From: Cytophagales bacterium
Lineage (GTDB): Bacteria > Bacteroidota > Bacteroidia > Cytophagales > UBA9547
NCBI GenBank assembly: GCA_003476475.1
Contig: DMUD01000067.1
Location: 1-24,485 of the forward strand
DNA: 24,485 nucleotides
Direction: 5' to 3'
Below are positions 1 to 8,839 of this stretch, piece by piece. Positions within the stretch are counted from its first letter, which is position 1; each line of letters begins with the position of its first letter. Made by a program: the position numbers and the translations under genes. The notes beneath the pieces are model-generated. The model did not search any database, had not been told where the DNA came from, and worked only from the letters and a program-made list of their open reading frames with translations.

Positions 1-28
1 AAGACTCAAAGAAGGCGTAAGCGAGTAA

Positions 29-1459
29 TTACCTGCCAATATCTCCCAAAGTCCATTTCAAGTCGGCTTCGGTTTTGTAAAACTTGCTTTGCAGTTCGTA
101 CAGTTTTACTTGCGACTCCAAAAAACGATTTTCGCGCGCGTTTACCAAGAAAAGCGAGCTTTCGCCATTTCGAAGGCGAGCCGTTTCGCCTTCGAAAAGC
201 TGGGCAAAACCTTTAATATTTTTTTCATATAGCTTGGTTTGTGCCTGCAAGGTCATCATTTCGTTGTAATACGCCTTCAGCTTGTTTACCAATTCTAGTT
301 TTTTGGTCTCGACGGCATATTGGGTATTTTTAATTTTCAACTTAGTGGTTTGCAAATCGCCACGCCCTTGCATGAAAAACAAAGGCATGGAAAAATTCAG
401 TCCCAACTTATAGTTATTGTTCACCATGTAATTGAAATCGTTTCGTACTCGGTAGCTTTCGTTCAGCAAGTTGTAATTCAGGTTCAAGGTAGGCTTCATG
501 CTTTCTATTTTCAGCCTTCTTTCAATGTCCAACTGGCGCAGCTTGAAATCGTAGTTGCGCAATATGGGGTGGGTTTGCAAAAGTTCTGCTGCCAGTTCTT
601 CTAGTTTTTCATAACGTAGCTGCACTCTCAAAAAATCGGAATTGAGGGGGCTTGGCAACAACAAGCTATCTAGCGGTCTAGGGGTTTCGTTTTCCAACCA
701 CAAATAGGTATTCAAATCTAAGCCAGCCTTGATAAACTTTAGTCGGGCTTCGTTTAGTTGAAATTGCCTTCCTTGCAACTGGGTAAGGGCTTCAGTGGTA
801 TCGATGGCAGCGCGGTCGCCCAATTTTACCGATTCTACCATGGCATTGAAACGCACGACGTTGATGCGCGTGGCTTCTTCAAACACCTTCATTTCACTGT
901 ATGCATATGCCCAGTCGTAATAGCATTTCAGACCAGCTACCAACAAATCGTTGAGCATCATCAGGCGTTGCTGTTCGCTTGCCTCTCTAAAAAGTTGGGC
1001 TTGTCTAAGCATGGCACGCTGCTTATCTATTAGCAAGTTTTTCATTAATGGAAGGGAAATGCCCACAAAACCTTGGCCTACATCTGGAAGCATGCTCTCG
1101 CTATTCAAGTATTTACCTGTCGCAGTATTATAACCTGCTTTGGCTTCAATGCCATACCATATAGGAACCGAAATCTTGTTTTCGAAATAAGAGTAGTAAT
1201 GCGTTCCCTCAAACATTTTTTCGTCATAGTCTGAGTATATTTTAGGATCCCAGCCGCCATAGGCCAAAAGCATTTCGGCTTTAGCTTGGTCTTTTAACAA
1301 CTGGGCTTGTTTGGCCACAGGGTGGTATTGCCTTACTATTTGTACAAAATCTACGACAGAAAGAAAATAGCGTGTGGTGTCGTTGGCAAAAGCAGCCTTG
1401 CCCAGTAGCGTGCCAAGTAGTAAGAAATATGGGATGAAAACGGCGGTAGGTCTTCTCAC
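29..1459 (-). CDS. TolC-family outer membrane efflux protein
   Basis: Two OEP-like helical repeats and a C-terminal GESSLFLVNARE motif. The likely start is GTG at 1459, which overlaps the HlyD TGA (GTGA) and is followed by a signal-peptide-like stretch (RRPTAVFIPYFLLLGTLLGKAAFA). The ORF track's start at 1537 lies inside hlyD. Confidence 0.9.
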   Translation of the reverse strand: MRRPTAVFIPYFLLLGTLLGKAAFANDTTRYFLSVVDFVQIVRQYHPVAKQAQLLKDQAKAEMLLAYGGWDPKIYSDYDEKMFEGTHYYSYFENKISVPIWYGIEAKAGYNTATGKYLNSESMLPDVGQGFVGISLPLMKNLLIDKQRAMLRQAQLFREASEQQRLMMLNDLLVAGLKCYYDWAYAYSEMKVFEEATRINVVRFNAMVESVKLGDRAAIDTTEALTQLQGRQFQLNEARLKFIKAGLDLNTYLWLENETPRPLDSLLLPSPLNSDFLRVQLRYEKLEELAAELLQTHPILRNYDFKLRQLDIERRLKIESMKPTLNLNYNLLNESYRVRNDFNYMVNNNYKLGLNFSMPLFFMQGRGDLQTTKLKIKNTQYAVETKKLELVNKLKAYYNEMMTLQAQTKLYEKNIKGFAQLFEGETARLRNGESSLFLVNARENRFLESQVKLYELQSKFYKTEADLKWTLGDIGR

Positions 1460-2811
1460 TTTTTTTTCGATTTCTTGTCTTCGGGTTTCAGCATCGCTTT
1501 GTAAAAGTCGGGGGGGAAACCATTCATTCTTCTCCATATTTCGTAGATAACTGTAACATCTTTCAGCAAGGCCATCCCCTTGGCTCCTCCGCCAATTCGA
1601 AGTGCCCTAGGCCATGGTTGCTCTTCGGCATCTTCGGCCACCAAAATCCTGAACTTGCCATTGTCTGAAATGGCATTGTCGATAGCCACTACCTTGCCAG
1701 GGTAGGTACCGTAACTCACATTGGGCCATCCGCTGAATACAATAGCTGGCCAACCATCAAATTGAAAACGGACCTTTTGTCCTGTTGAAACGAGCGCAAT
1801 ATCCACAGGTTCTACATACATTTCAACGGCATATTTGAAGTTTTGGGGCACAATCTTCGCTATTTCAGCACCTTCCTTTACCACCTCGCCAATACCGGCC
1901 GAAATAGTTTTGGTGATTTGCCCATCTTGTGGTGCTAATACAAAATAAAAGCCATTTCGAATGTTATAGTTGGAAAACTGGTTTCTGAGCTTTGCTATTT
2001 CACCTTGTCCAGTGGTGGCATCGCTTAGTGTAGAAAAACGCTCTCCTTGGGCTTTAGCTATTTTTTCATTAAACTCTCTATCGGTCTGATTCAATTCTAT
2101 TCGGGCATTTAACAAGTCATTTTTCGAATTTATGAATTTATTTTCTGATATTAAGGCTTTTGCAGTAGCGTTTTGGAGCTGTTGCTTGCGTTGTTCTAGT
2201 TCGGTGAGCGATTTCAATCCTTGTTTGAAAAGCTCTTCTTGGCGTTTATATTGGTCGGTTGCAATTTTAAGTTCGGTCCTTACAGCTTCCAATGCCATGC
2301 TATCGCTTTGCACGTACAGCACAGCCTGCTTTATTTTGTTGCGTAGCTGTTGCATTTTATACTGCCTTACCTGATTCAAGGCACTTAATTGGTTTTGGAT
2401 AGCCTCAGACTTGCTTTGGTAATAATCGACCGTTTGTTCTTTCGCTTGTATCTGTTCTTTTGTTCTTTCGAGCAGTTGTGGGTCCAAATAGCTGTCTTTT
2501 ACTTCTGTAATTTTCAATATGGTATCGCCCTTCTTTACCATATCCCCTTCTTTTACGTACCATTTTTCGATACGCCCGCCAATAATAGAATTGAGTTGTT
2601 GTGGGCGCTGTTCGGGCAGTCGGGTAGTAATCATACCAGGCGCTTGAATGTTTTGAGTCCAGGGAAAAAGCATGAACAAGAGTATAACACCCATGACACG
2701 CATCAGCCACTTCACAATTTTGGTCTCGCCACTATTCTGAAAAGCTTTCTTTAAGGATAAATAATCCTCCTTGTGCACTAGCAACTTATCATCTTCTGGA
2801 TTGTACAACAT
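1456..2811 (-). CDS. HlyD-family membrane fusion / secretion protein
   Basis: N-terminal TM segment (VMGVILLFMLFPWTQ), lipoyl-like GGRIEKWYVKEGDMVKKGD, long coiled coil, then APQDG and VRFQFDGWPAIVFSGWP. Probable start is ATG at 2811 (MLYNP), downstream of the ABC stop. Confidence 0.92.
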   Translation of the reverse strand: MLYNPEDDKLLVHKEDYLSLKKAFQNSGETKIVKWLMRVMGVILLFMLFPWTQNIQAPGMITTRLPEQRPQQLNSIIGGRIEKWYVKEGDMVKKGDTILKITEVKDSYLDPQLLERTKEQIQAKEQTVDYYQSKSEAIQNQLSALNQVRQYKMQQLRNKIKQAVLYVQSDSMALEAVRTELKIATDQYKRQEELFKQGLKSLTELEQRKQQLQNATAKALISENKFINSKNDLLNARIELNQTDREFNEKIAKAQGERFSTLSDATTGQGEIAKLRNQFSNYNIRNGFYFVLAPQDGQITKTISAGIGEVVKEGAEIAKIVPQNFKYAVEMYVEPVDIALVSTGQKVRFQFDGWPAIVFSGWPNVSYGTYPGKVVAIDNAISDNGKFRILVAEDAEEQPWPRALRIGGGAKGMALLKDVTVIYEIWRRMNGFPPDFYKAMLKPEDKKSKKK

Positions 2812-2833
2812 ACTGCGTTTGTTTGATAGTTGG

Positions 2834-4576
2834 TTAAACAACGTGCTTAAATATTTTTTCATATTCATTTGTCGCACTTACTGAAGCATAGTCGCCAAAG
2901 GCTACAATTTTGCCTTCGTCCAACAAAAGAATCTTGTCGCATCTTTTGGCAAAATTTTCGTCGTTCGAAACTGCTACCAAGGTATAACTGTTCTCTTTTG
3001 AAGTAAGATTGTTCACTAGAAATTCTTGTTCTACACGTTCAAGTCCACTCCAACAATCTTCCATGAGAAGAAGGCGCGGTTTTGTAAGAAGCGAACGAGT
3101 GAGCAAAATTTTATTAATAGTGTTATGTGTAAGTTTTTTTCCCTGAGAATTGATTTTAGTTTCCAAACCGTCGTGCAAAGACTGTATATAAGGCAGTAGG
3201 CCAGTTTTATTGGCTGTTTCAAGAATAAAGGGAATCGTGTGCGTATTGTCGCCAAGGGTAAGGTTGTCGTATAAAGTGCCCGAAAACAATTCTGTATTGC
3301 TCAGGTACACTCCTACTTCCAAACGTAATTTTTGTAGGTTGTAGTTGGCAAGCGGATAGCCGTTGAACAAAAGCTTACCGTCGTAGTTGAGGTAAGCACC
3401 CGTAAACAACTGCAACAAGGTAGTTTTGCCAGAACCTTGAGTCCCTGAAATACATACATTTTCGCCACCCTTAATTTCGAAACTAATGTTGGACAATACC
3501 GGATTGTTCGAATCTTTGTACTGATAGGATAAGTTTTCTAATTGTATTGTTATTCCCTTTGCTTTGCTTATTTCGAAAATATCCAACCCATGTTCTTGTT
3601 CTTGAGGATGGTCCAAAACTTTATGCACTTTTTCCAAGGAAGTGAGCATGTCGTACACCACGTCCAAACTTCCAATGATTTTCTCGGTTGAGTTTAAAAG
3701 CATGATAATCACGATTTCGCTGGCAATAAACTGGCCTATGTTGATGTCTTGGTCTATAACCAATATTGAACCTACAATCAATAATGAAGCGGTAATAATG
3801 ACCTTGTACACAATAAAAGCCCAATATTGTCTTTGGATAAGTTCAAAATGAGCCTGACGGGCATCCAAATAATTACACACCAACTCGTCGGCTTTGCGCG
3901 CAGGAAACTCGTTCATTCCCATGAATTTGAGTGTTTGTACGGTACGAGCCACTTCTTCCAACCAACCGCCTACTTCGTATTTGCAATTGCTTTCCATCAA
4001 GGATGTGAGCATGCCCCTCACGTATGTGGATTTCAAAATAACAAACAACAAACCCATGAGGGTAATGCCAATGAGTATGAAAACGGGATGATAGAACGCA
4101 AGCAATATGGAACCAAACAGAATTTGGATAGATGCCGTTGGAAACTCCAACAACACCTTTCCAAGACCTTTCTGAAGAGATGAAGTATCGAAAAAGCGAT
4201 TTACCAATTCGGGCAAATGATAGTCCTCCACACTCATCAAATCAAGACGAGGTATTTTTTGGGCAAACTGCAAGCTGAATCTTGTGAATATTTTTCGTTG
4301 TATCCTTTCTTTTACTCGCATTTGCAACATGGTGAGCCAACCGCTCAACACCACGCCCAAAACCACAATTAATACCAAAATAACCAATGAAGTACTGATG
4401 ACTCCACCAAACAATTGGTTGATGATGGTTTGCACCCCCAAAGGAAGCGAGAGGTTGATGACACCACTCAAAACTGAAAAGAAATAAATACTTATCAATT
4501 CTTTTTTTTGCAAGGCAACAAGGCCCCAAAAACGTCGCAGTGGCCTACTGGTATTTACATTATCAAAATCATTCAT
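2834..4576 (-). CDS. ABC exporter, fused TMD+NBD (T1SS/peptidase-containing-ABC-like, no C39 domain), degenerate NBD
   Basis: N-terminal multi-TM domain and Walker A GTQGSGKT; the other NBD motifs are divergent. Start placed at ATG 4576 because the track's TTG at 4585 lies inside a -7 promoter motif. Confidence 0.88.
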   Translation of the reverse strand: MNDFDNVNTSRPLRRFWGLVALQKKELISIYFFSVLSGVINLSLPLGVQTIINQLFGGVISTSLVILVLIVVLGVVLSGWLTMLQMRVKERIQRKIFTRFSLQFAQKIPRLDLMSVEDYHLPELVNRFFDTSSLQKGLGKVLLEFPTASIQILFGSILLAFYHPVFILIGITLMGLLFVILKSTYVRGMLTSLMESNCKYEVGGWLEEVARTVQTLKFMGMNEFPARKADELVCNYLDARQAHFELIQRQYWAFIVYKVIITASLLIVGSILVIDQDINIGQFIASEIVIIMLLNSTEKIIGSLDVVYDMLTSLEKVHKVLDHPQEQEHGLDIFEISKAKGITIQLENLSYQYKDSNNPVLSNISFEIKGGENVCISGTQGSGKTTLLQLFTGAYLNYDGKLLFNGYPLANYNLQKLRLEVGVYLSNTELFSGTLYDNLTLGDNTHTIPFILETANKTGLLPYIQSLHDGLETKINSQGKKLTHNTINKILLTRSLLTKPRLLLMEDCWSGLERVEQEFLVNNLTSKENSYTLVAVSNDENFAKRCDKILLLDEGKIVAFGDYASVSATNEYEKIFKHVV

Positions 4577-4582
4577 TGGTGG

Positions 4583-4590
4583 CAAAGTTA
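4583..4590 (-). promoter_or_regulatory. Bacteroidota sigma70 -7 element (TAACTTTG) for the ABC-HlyD-TolC operon
   Basis: Exact match to TAnnTTTG, 6 nt upstream of ATG 4576. No well-spaced -33 element was found. Confidence 0.6.
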
Positions 4591-4591
4591 C

Positions 4592-4614
4592 ACACTTTAA
4601 AAAAAAGAAAGTGT
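4592..4614. promoter_or_regulatory. Inverted repeat ACACTTT-N9-AAAGTGT, candidate operator
   Basis: Perfect 7-bp inverted repeat immediately upstream of the exporter -7 element. Confidence 0.4.
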
Positions 4615-4654
4615 TGTTATCAAAACGAAAAGCAAAGAAATTAAAATTAGATTA

Positions 4655-4689
4655 AATATTGCTATCTCTTTTGGAAAGATATTAATATT
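4655..4689. promoter_or_regulatory. Inverted repeat AATATTGCTATCT-N9-AGATATTAATATT overlapping a probable tetR promoter (TTG-N21-TAATATTG)
   Basis: 11 of 13 positions pair, in the divergent intergenic region upstream of a TetR gene. TTG is at 4659-4661 and a one-mismatch -7 element is at 4683-4690. Confidence 0.5.
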
Positions 4690-4704
4690 GCGGAAAGATT
4701 TAAC

Positions 4705-5379
4705 ATGAAATTTCAGGTTAAGTTTTCGCTAAATGAGAAAATATTTCTGAAAAATCCTGAAAATAGCAACACAGGCCGAGAAATAGTAAAGAAAGGCATA
4801 GACCTCATTTACGAATTGGGTTTTGAAAATTTTACCTTCAAAAAACTGGCGCATACCATGAATACTTCCGAAGTCACCATTTATAGGTACTTCGAAAACA
4901 AGCACAGACTTCTTTTGTACATCATCAATTGGTATTGGTCTTTTTTGGAGTTTTTGGTTGAATACAAATTGCAAAATGTGTACGACCCAAAAGACCGGCT
5001 AAAAATCATCATCCAATTACTCACGCAAGATTTCCCCGAGACGCTAAGTCCTTTGGAATACAACAAGCAATATTTAAACAAAATCGTGATTGCCGAAAGC
5101 AAGGTGTATTTGGTAAAAGAAGTAAATGAAATAAACAAAAATCAAGTTTTTAAACCTTATAAAGATTTATGTGCAAGGTTGGCCAGCATTATTAATGCCT
5201 ACAATCCCTCTTATGCTTACCCACATTCCTTGAACAGCACACTCATTGAAACATCGCACTAGCAGCAGTTTTTTTCCTTGTATTTGCCCAAGCTTGCCAA
5301 CGTTACCCCCGAAAATAAGCCACATTACACAAGCCACTTTTTGGAAAACTTGCTGTTTGGCGTTCTGCCGAAAAAATAA
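4705..5379 (+). pseudogene. TetR/AcrR-family regulator interrupted by an in-frame TAG at 5260-5262
   Basis: N-terminal HTH (GFENFTFKKLAHTMNTSEVTIYRYFENK). After the TAG the same frame stays open for 38 protein-like codons (QQFFSLYLPKLANV...) to TAA at 5377-5379, giving 224 codons in total. Confidence 0.8.
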
Positions 5380-5439
5380 ATTTTTATTTGCCAGTAGTGC
5401 GAAATGGAATTTTTGAAACAAGAATTGCCTGTAGGATGT

Positions 5440-5447
5440 TACTTTTG
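5440..5447 (+). promoter_or_regulatory. -7 element TACTTTTG for mfd
   Basis: Exact TAnnTTTG match, followed by C, 20 nt upstream of the mfd TTG start. Confidence 0.55.
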
Positions 5448-5467
5448 CGAAGTATAGCCACTTTTTA

Positions 5468-8400
5468 TTGAAAACCGCCGACTTTCTTTCTCTATATACC
5501 CACGATTCGCTTCTAAAAACAGTGTCGGAAAGATTAAAAGATGCCTCGGCTTCTTTGTTTCTGAAAGGTTTTCGCGGAAGTTTGGACGCGGTGTACGCGG
5601 CAGCATTGTGCGAACTTACAGAATGCTCCCAGCTATTTATCATGCACGACCGCGAGGATGCCAGCTTTTTTCAGTCCGATTTGGCAAACTTGCTGCATAC
5701 CGAAGTGCTGTCCTTTCCTATGTCTTACAAAAAGCCTTATGAGGTAGAAGAGGTAGAAAATGCCAATGTTTTGCTAAGGGCAGAAGTATTGAACAAACTA
5801 AACTCGGACGAGTCCAAAAAATATATCATTGTTACCTATCCCGAGGCACTTCCTGAAAAGGTGGTGGACAAAAAAACCTTGGTGGCCAATACTTTTTTGG
5901 CCAAAGTGGGTGAAAAAATCGATGTGGAATTTCTTGCCGAGTTTTTGTCTTCGTACGATTTCGAACGTACCGATTTTGTGTATGAAGCTGGCCAATATTC
6001 TGTGCGTGGTGGCATCGTCGATGTGTTTTCCTATTCCAACGAGCTGCCCTACCGTATCGAACTTTTTGGGGACGAAATAGAAACCATTCGCACTTTTGAC
6101 CCCAATACCCAACTATCGGTCGAATTTCGAAAACAAGTTTCCATTATCCCCGATATGCAAGCAAGCAAACTGGCTATCGAAACACGTGAAAATATATTTA
6201 AATATCTGAAGCCCGACTCCATTGTGTGGATGCGCGATTTTCAAAAAGTGGGCGATTCGGCCAATCGATATTTGCAAAAAGCCGAGGAGGCATATCAAAA
6301 AAGAGCCGAATCGGGTTCGAACTTAAAACCTAGCGAACTTTTTGAATCGAAGGATAACTTATCCAAATCCATTCATTCTTTTAGAAAAATAGAATTTGGA
6401 AGCCATTCCTTCTTGTCCGATTCGGAAACTTTTGAACTAAAGTGCCGCACACAACCCTCTTTCAACAAAGATTTCAAGTTGATAGCCGATGATTTGGAAG
6501 CATGGCAAAGCAAAAATTTCACCTTGCTTGTTTCGGCCGAACAGTTTACCCAATACGAAAAACTTGAGTCGATTTTTGACGAAATTTTGCCCCATCTGAA
6601 ACTGCAACACCTGCACATTTCGCTTAGGGCGGGTTTTATCGATGAAAACCTGAAATTGCTTTGCTACACCGACCACGAACTATTTGACCGTTTTTACAGA
6701 TACAAAGGCAAAGAACGCTATTCGAAAACGAAAGCCATTACGCTGAAAGAGTTGCGCATGTTGCAACCCGGCGACTATGTGGTGCATCAGGATTATGGCA
6801 TAGGGCGTTTTGCCGGTATGGAAACCAAGGAAATGAACGGGCATCCACAAGAAGCTATCCGCCTTTTGTACCGAGACAACGACCTGCTTTATATTTCGGT
6901 ACACGCCTTGCACAAAATTTCCAAGTACAGTGGCAAAGATGGTACAGCTGTAACCATGAGCAAACTTGGTTCGCCCGAATGGGAAGAAAAAAAGAAAAAA
7001 GTAAGTCGAAAGGTAAAAGACATTGCCAAAGAACTCATTTCTCTTTATGCCAAACGAAGAGCCGCCCCAGGATTTGCTTTTAGCCCCGACACCTATTTGC
7101 AACGCGAACTGGAAACGTCTTTTCTATACGAAGACACCCCCGACCAAGCCAAAGCCACTTCCGATGTGAAAGCCGATATGGAAAAACCCCACCCCATGGA
7201 CAGGCTGGTGTGCGGCGATGTGGGTTTTGGCAAAACAGAGGTGGCCATTCGCGCGGCCTTCAAAGCCGTAAGCGACAGCAAACAAGTGGCAGTGCTTGTG
7301 CCTACCACTATCTTGGCACTTCAGCATTACAAAACCTTCAAAGAAAGGCTGAAAGCATTGCCCTGCAAAGTCGATTATTTGAACCGTTTCAAGTCGGCGG
7401 CACAAGTAAAGAAAACGTTGGAAGAAGTGGCTGCAGGCAAAATAGACATCTTGATAGGCACTCACAAACTTATAAGCAAGGAATTGAAATTTAAAGATTT
7501 GGGCTTGCTTATTGTGGACGAGGAACAAAAATTTGGTGTGGCTGTAAAAGATAAACTGAAAGAAATGAAGCTGAACGTGGATACGCTCACGCTTACTGCC
7601 ACACCCATTCCACGCACCTTGCATTTCTCGATGATGGGCGCGCGCGACCTCTCCATTATTTCCACTCCACCACCCAACCGCCAGCCCGTAACCACCGAAG
7701 TACATGCTTTTTCCGACGTGATTATCCGCAACGCCGTTGCCGAAGAGTTGAAAAGAAACGGCCAAGTATTTTTCGTACACAACCGCATCAACGACTTAGA
7801 TTCGATAGCCGACAAGATAAAACGCCTTGTGCCCGATGCGAAAGTAGCGGTGGCACACGGGCAGATGGATGGAAATAAACTCGAGGAAGTAATGATGGGC
7901 TTCATCGAAGGCGAATATGACGTGTTGGTTTCGACCAATATCGTGGAATCGGGTTTGGACATACCCAATGCCAATACCATCATCATCAACCAAGCCCACA
8001 TGTTTGGCCTTTCGGACTTGCACCAAATGCGCGGAAGAGTAGGCCGTTCAAACAAAAAAGCATTTTGTTACCTGTTGACCGTTGCCCCTACCTTGCTAAC
8101 TCCAGAAGGACGAAAACGCTTGGCTACTTTGGAAGAATTTTCAGAATTGGGCGACGGTTTCAAAGTGGCCATGCGCGACTTGGATATTCGGGGGGCTGGC
8201 GACCTGCTTGGTGGCGAACAAAGTGGCTTCATCAACGACATTGGCTTTGAAACTTACCATAAGATTTTGGACGAAACCATTGCCGAACTAAAAGAAACTG
8301 AGTTCAAAGACTTGTTCAAAGACGACCTGAGCCTGCTGAAACCGCTTGTGCAAGACTGCATTATCGAAACCGACCTCTCTATTCTAATACCTGAAAAATA

Positions 8401-8839
8401 CGTCACCAATATTTCGGAAAGACTTGGGCTGTACACCGAGCTGGACAATATTGAAGACGAAGAAACCTTAGGCAAGTTTGTAGAAAAAGTCAAAGATCGC
8501 TTCGGCCCCTTGCCAGACCAATTTTGGGGATTGATAGAAACGGTGCGCATGCGCTGGCTAGCCGAAAAACTTGGTTTCGACAAACTGATGTTGAAAGCCA
8601 AAGCTATGAAAGCACAATTTGTGCCGGGCGACAAGGAAACATATTACCAGTCCGATGTTTTTGGAAAAATATTGGCTTATGTAAAAGAGAATGGACAAAC
8701 CAACAAACTAGCCGAAACCAAAGGTCGACTGGTTTTCACGGCATTTCAAATAGAAACGGCAAAGGAAGGATTGGATTTGCTAAAAAAACTTCATAGCTAT
8801 GTGTTTGCTAAAGAAGAAGAAAAATTGATGCAGAACTAA
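5468..8839 (+). CDS. mfd: Transcription-repair coupling factor
   Basis: UvrB-homology N-terminus, CarD-like domain (GDYVVHQDYGIGRF), CGDVGFGKT, DEEQKFGV, TATPIPRTL, QMRGRVGRS, DLDIRGAG and a TRCF C-terminus; TTG start. Confidence 0.98.
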   Translation: MKTADFLSLYTHDSLLKTVSERLKDASASLFLKGFRGSLDAVYAAALCELTECSQLFIMHDREDASFFQSDLANLLHTEVLSFPMSYKKPYEVEEVENANVLLRAEVLNKLNSDESKKYIIVTYPEALPEKVVDKKTLVANTFLAKVGEKIDVEFLAEFLSSYDFERTDFVYEAGQYSVRGGIVDVFSYSNELPYRIELFGDEIETIRTFDPNTQLSVEFRKQVSIIPDMQASKLAIETRENIFKYLKPDSIVWMRDFQKVGDSANRYLQKAEEAYQKRAESGSNLKPSELFESKDNLSKSIHSFRKIEFGSHSFLSDSETFELKCRTQPSFNKDFKLIADDLEAWQSKNFTLLVSAEQFTQYEKLESIFDEILPHLKLQHLHISLRAGFIDENLKLLCYTDHELFDRFYRYKGKERYSKTKAITLKELRMLQPGDYVVHQDYGIGRFAGMETKEMNGHPQEAIRLLYRDNDLLYISVHALHKISKYSGKDGTAVTMSKLGSPEWEEKKKKVSRKVKDIAKELISLYAKRRAAPGFAFSPDTYLQRELETSFLYEDTPDQAKATSDVKADMEKPHPMDRLVCGDVGFGKTEVAIRAAFKAVSDSKQVAVLVPTTILALQHYKTFKERLKALPCKVDYLNRFKSAAQVKKTLEEVAAGKIDILIGTHKLISKELKFKDLGLLIVDEEQKFGVAVKDKLKEMKLNVDTLTLTATPIPRTLHFSMMGARDLSIISTPPPNRQPVTTEVHAFSDVIIRNAVAEELKRNGQVFFVHNRINDLDSIADKIKRLVPDAKVAVAHGQMDGNKLEEVMMGFIEGEYDVLVSTNIVESGLDIPNANTIIINQAHMFGLSDLHQMRGRVGRSNKKAFCYLLTVAPTLLTPEGRKRLATLEEFSELGDGFKVAMRDLDIRGAGDLLGGEQSGFINDIGFETYHKILDETIAELKETEFKDLFKDDLSLLKPLVQDCIIETDLSILIPEKYVTNISERLGLYTELDNIEDEETLGKFVEKVKDRFGPLPDQFWGLIETVRMRWLAEKLGFDKLMLKAKAMKAQFVPGDKETYYQSDVFGKILAYVKENGQTNKLAETKGRLVFTAFQIETAKEGLDLLKKLHSYVFAKEEEKLMQN

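Noticed and set aside
1460-1537. N-terminal extensions in the ORF track (TolC 1537, HlyD 2877, ABC 4585, cyclase 10932)
   Set aside because: They overlap upstream genes or a promoter motif; downstream starts give proper signal peptides or operon-like spacing.
4599-4606. A8 tract in the exporter promoter as a phase-variation switch
   Set aside because: It is short for an AT-rich genome where A/T runs of 7-8 are frequent, and no properly spaced -33 element brackets it.
5260-5262. Genome-wide amber recoding or pyrrolysine as the explanation for the tetR TAG
   Set aside because: No other gene among about 21 kb of coding sequence is interrupted by TAG, crtZ (8836) and the ABC-F gene (14964) end at TAG at expected lengths, and no pyl genes are visible.
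7093-8634. Long antisense ORFs (up to 218 aa) opposite mfd, and similar shadows opposite ilvA, obgE and hslU
   Set aside because: They have no recognisable motifs and are expected as shadows of long, codon-biased genes.
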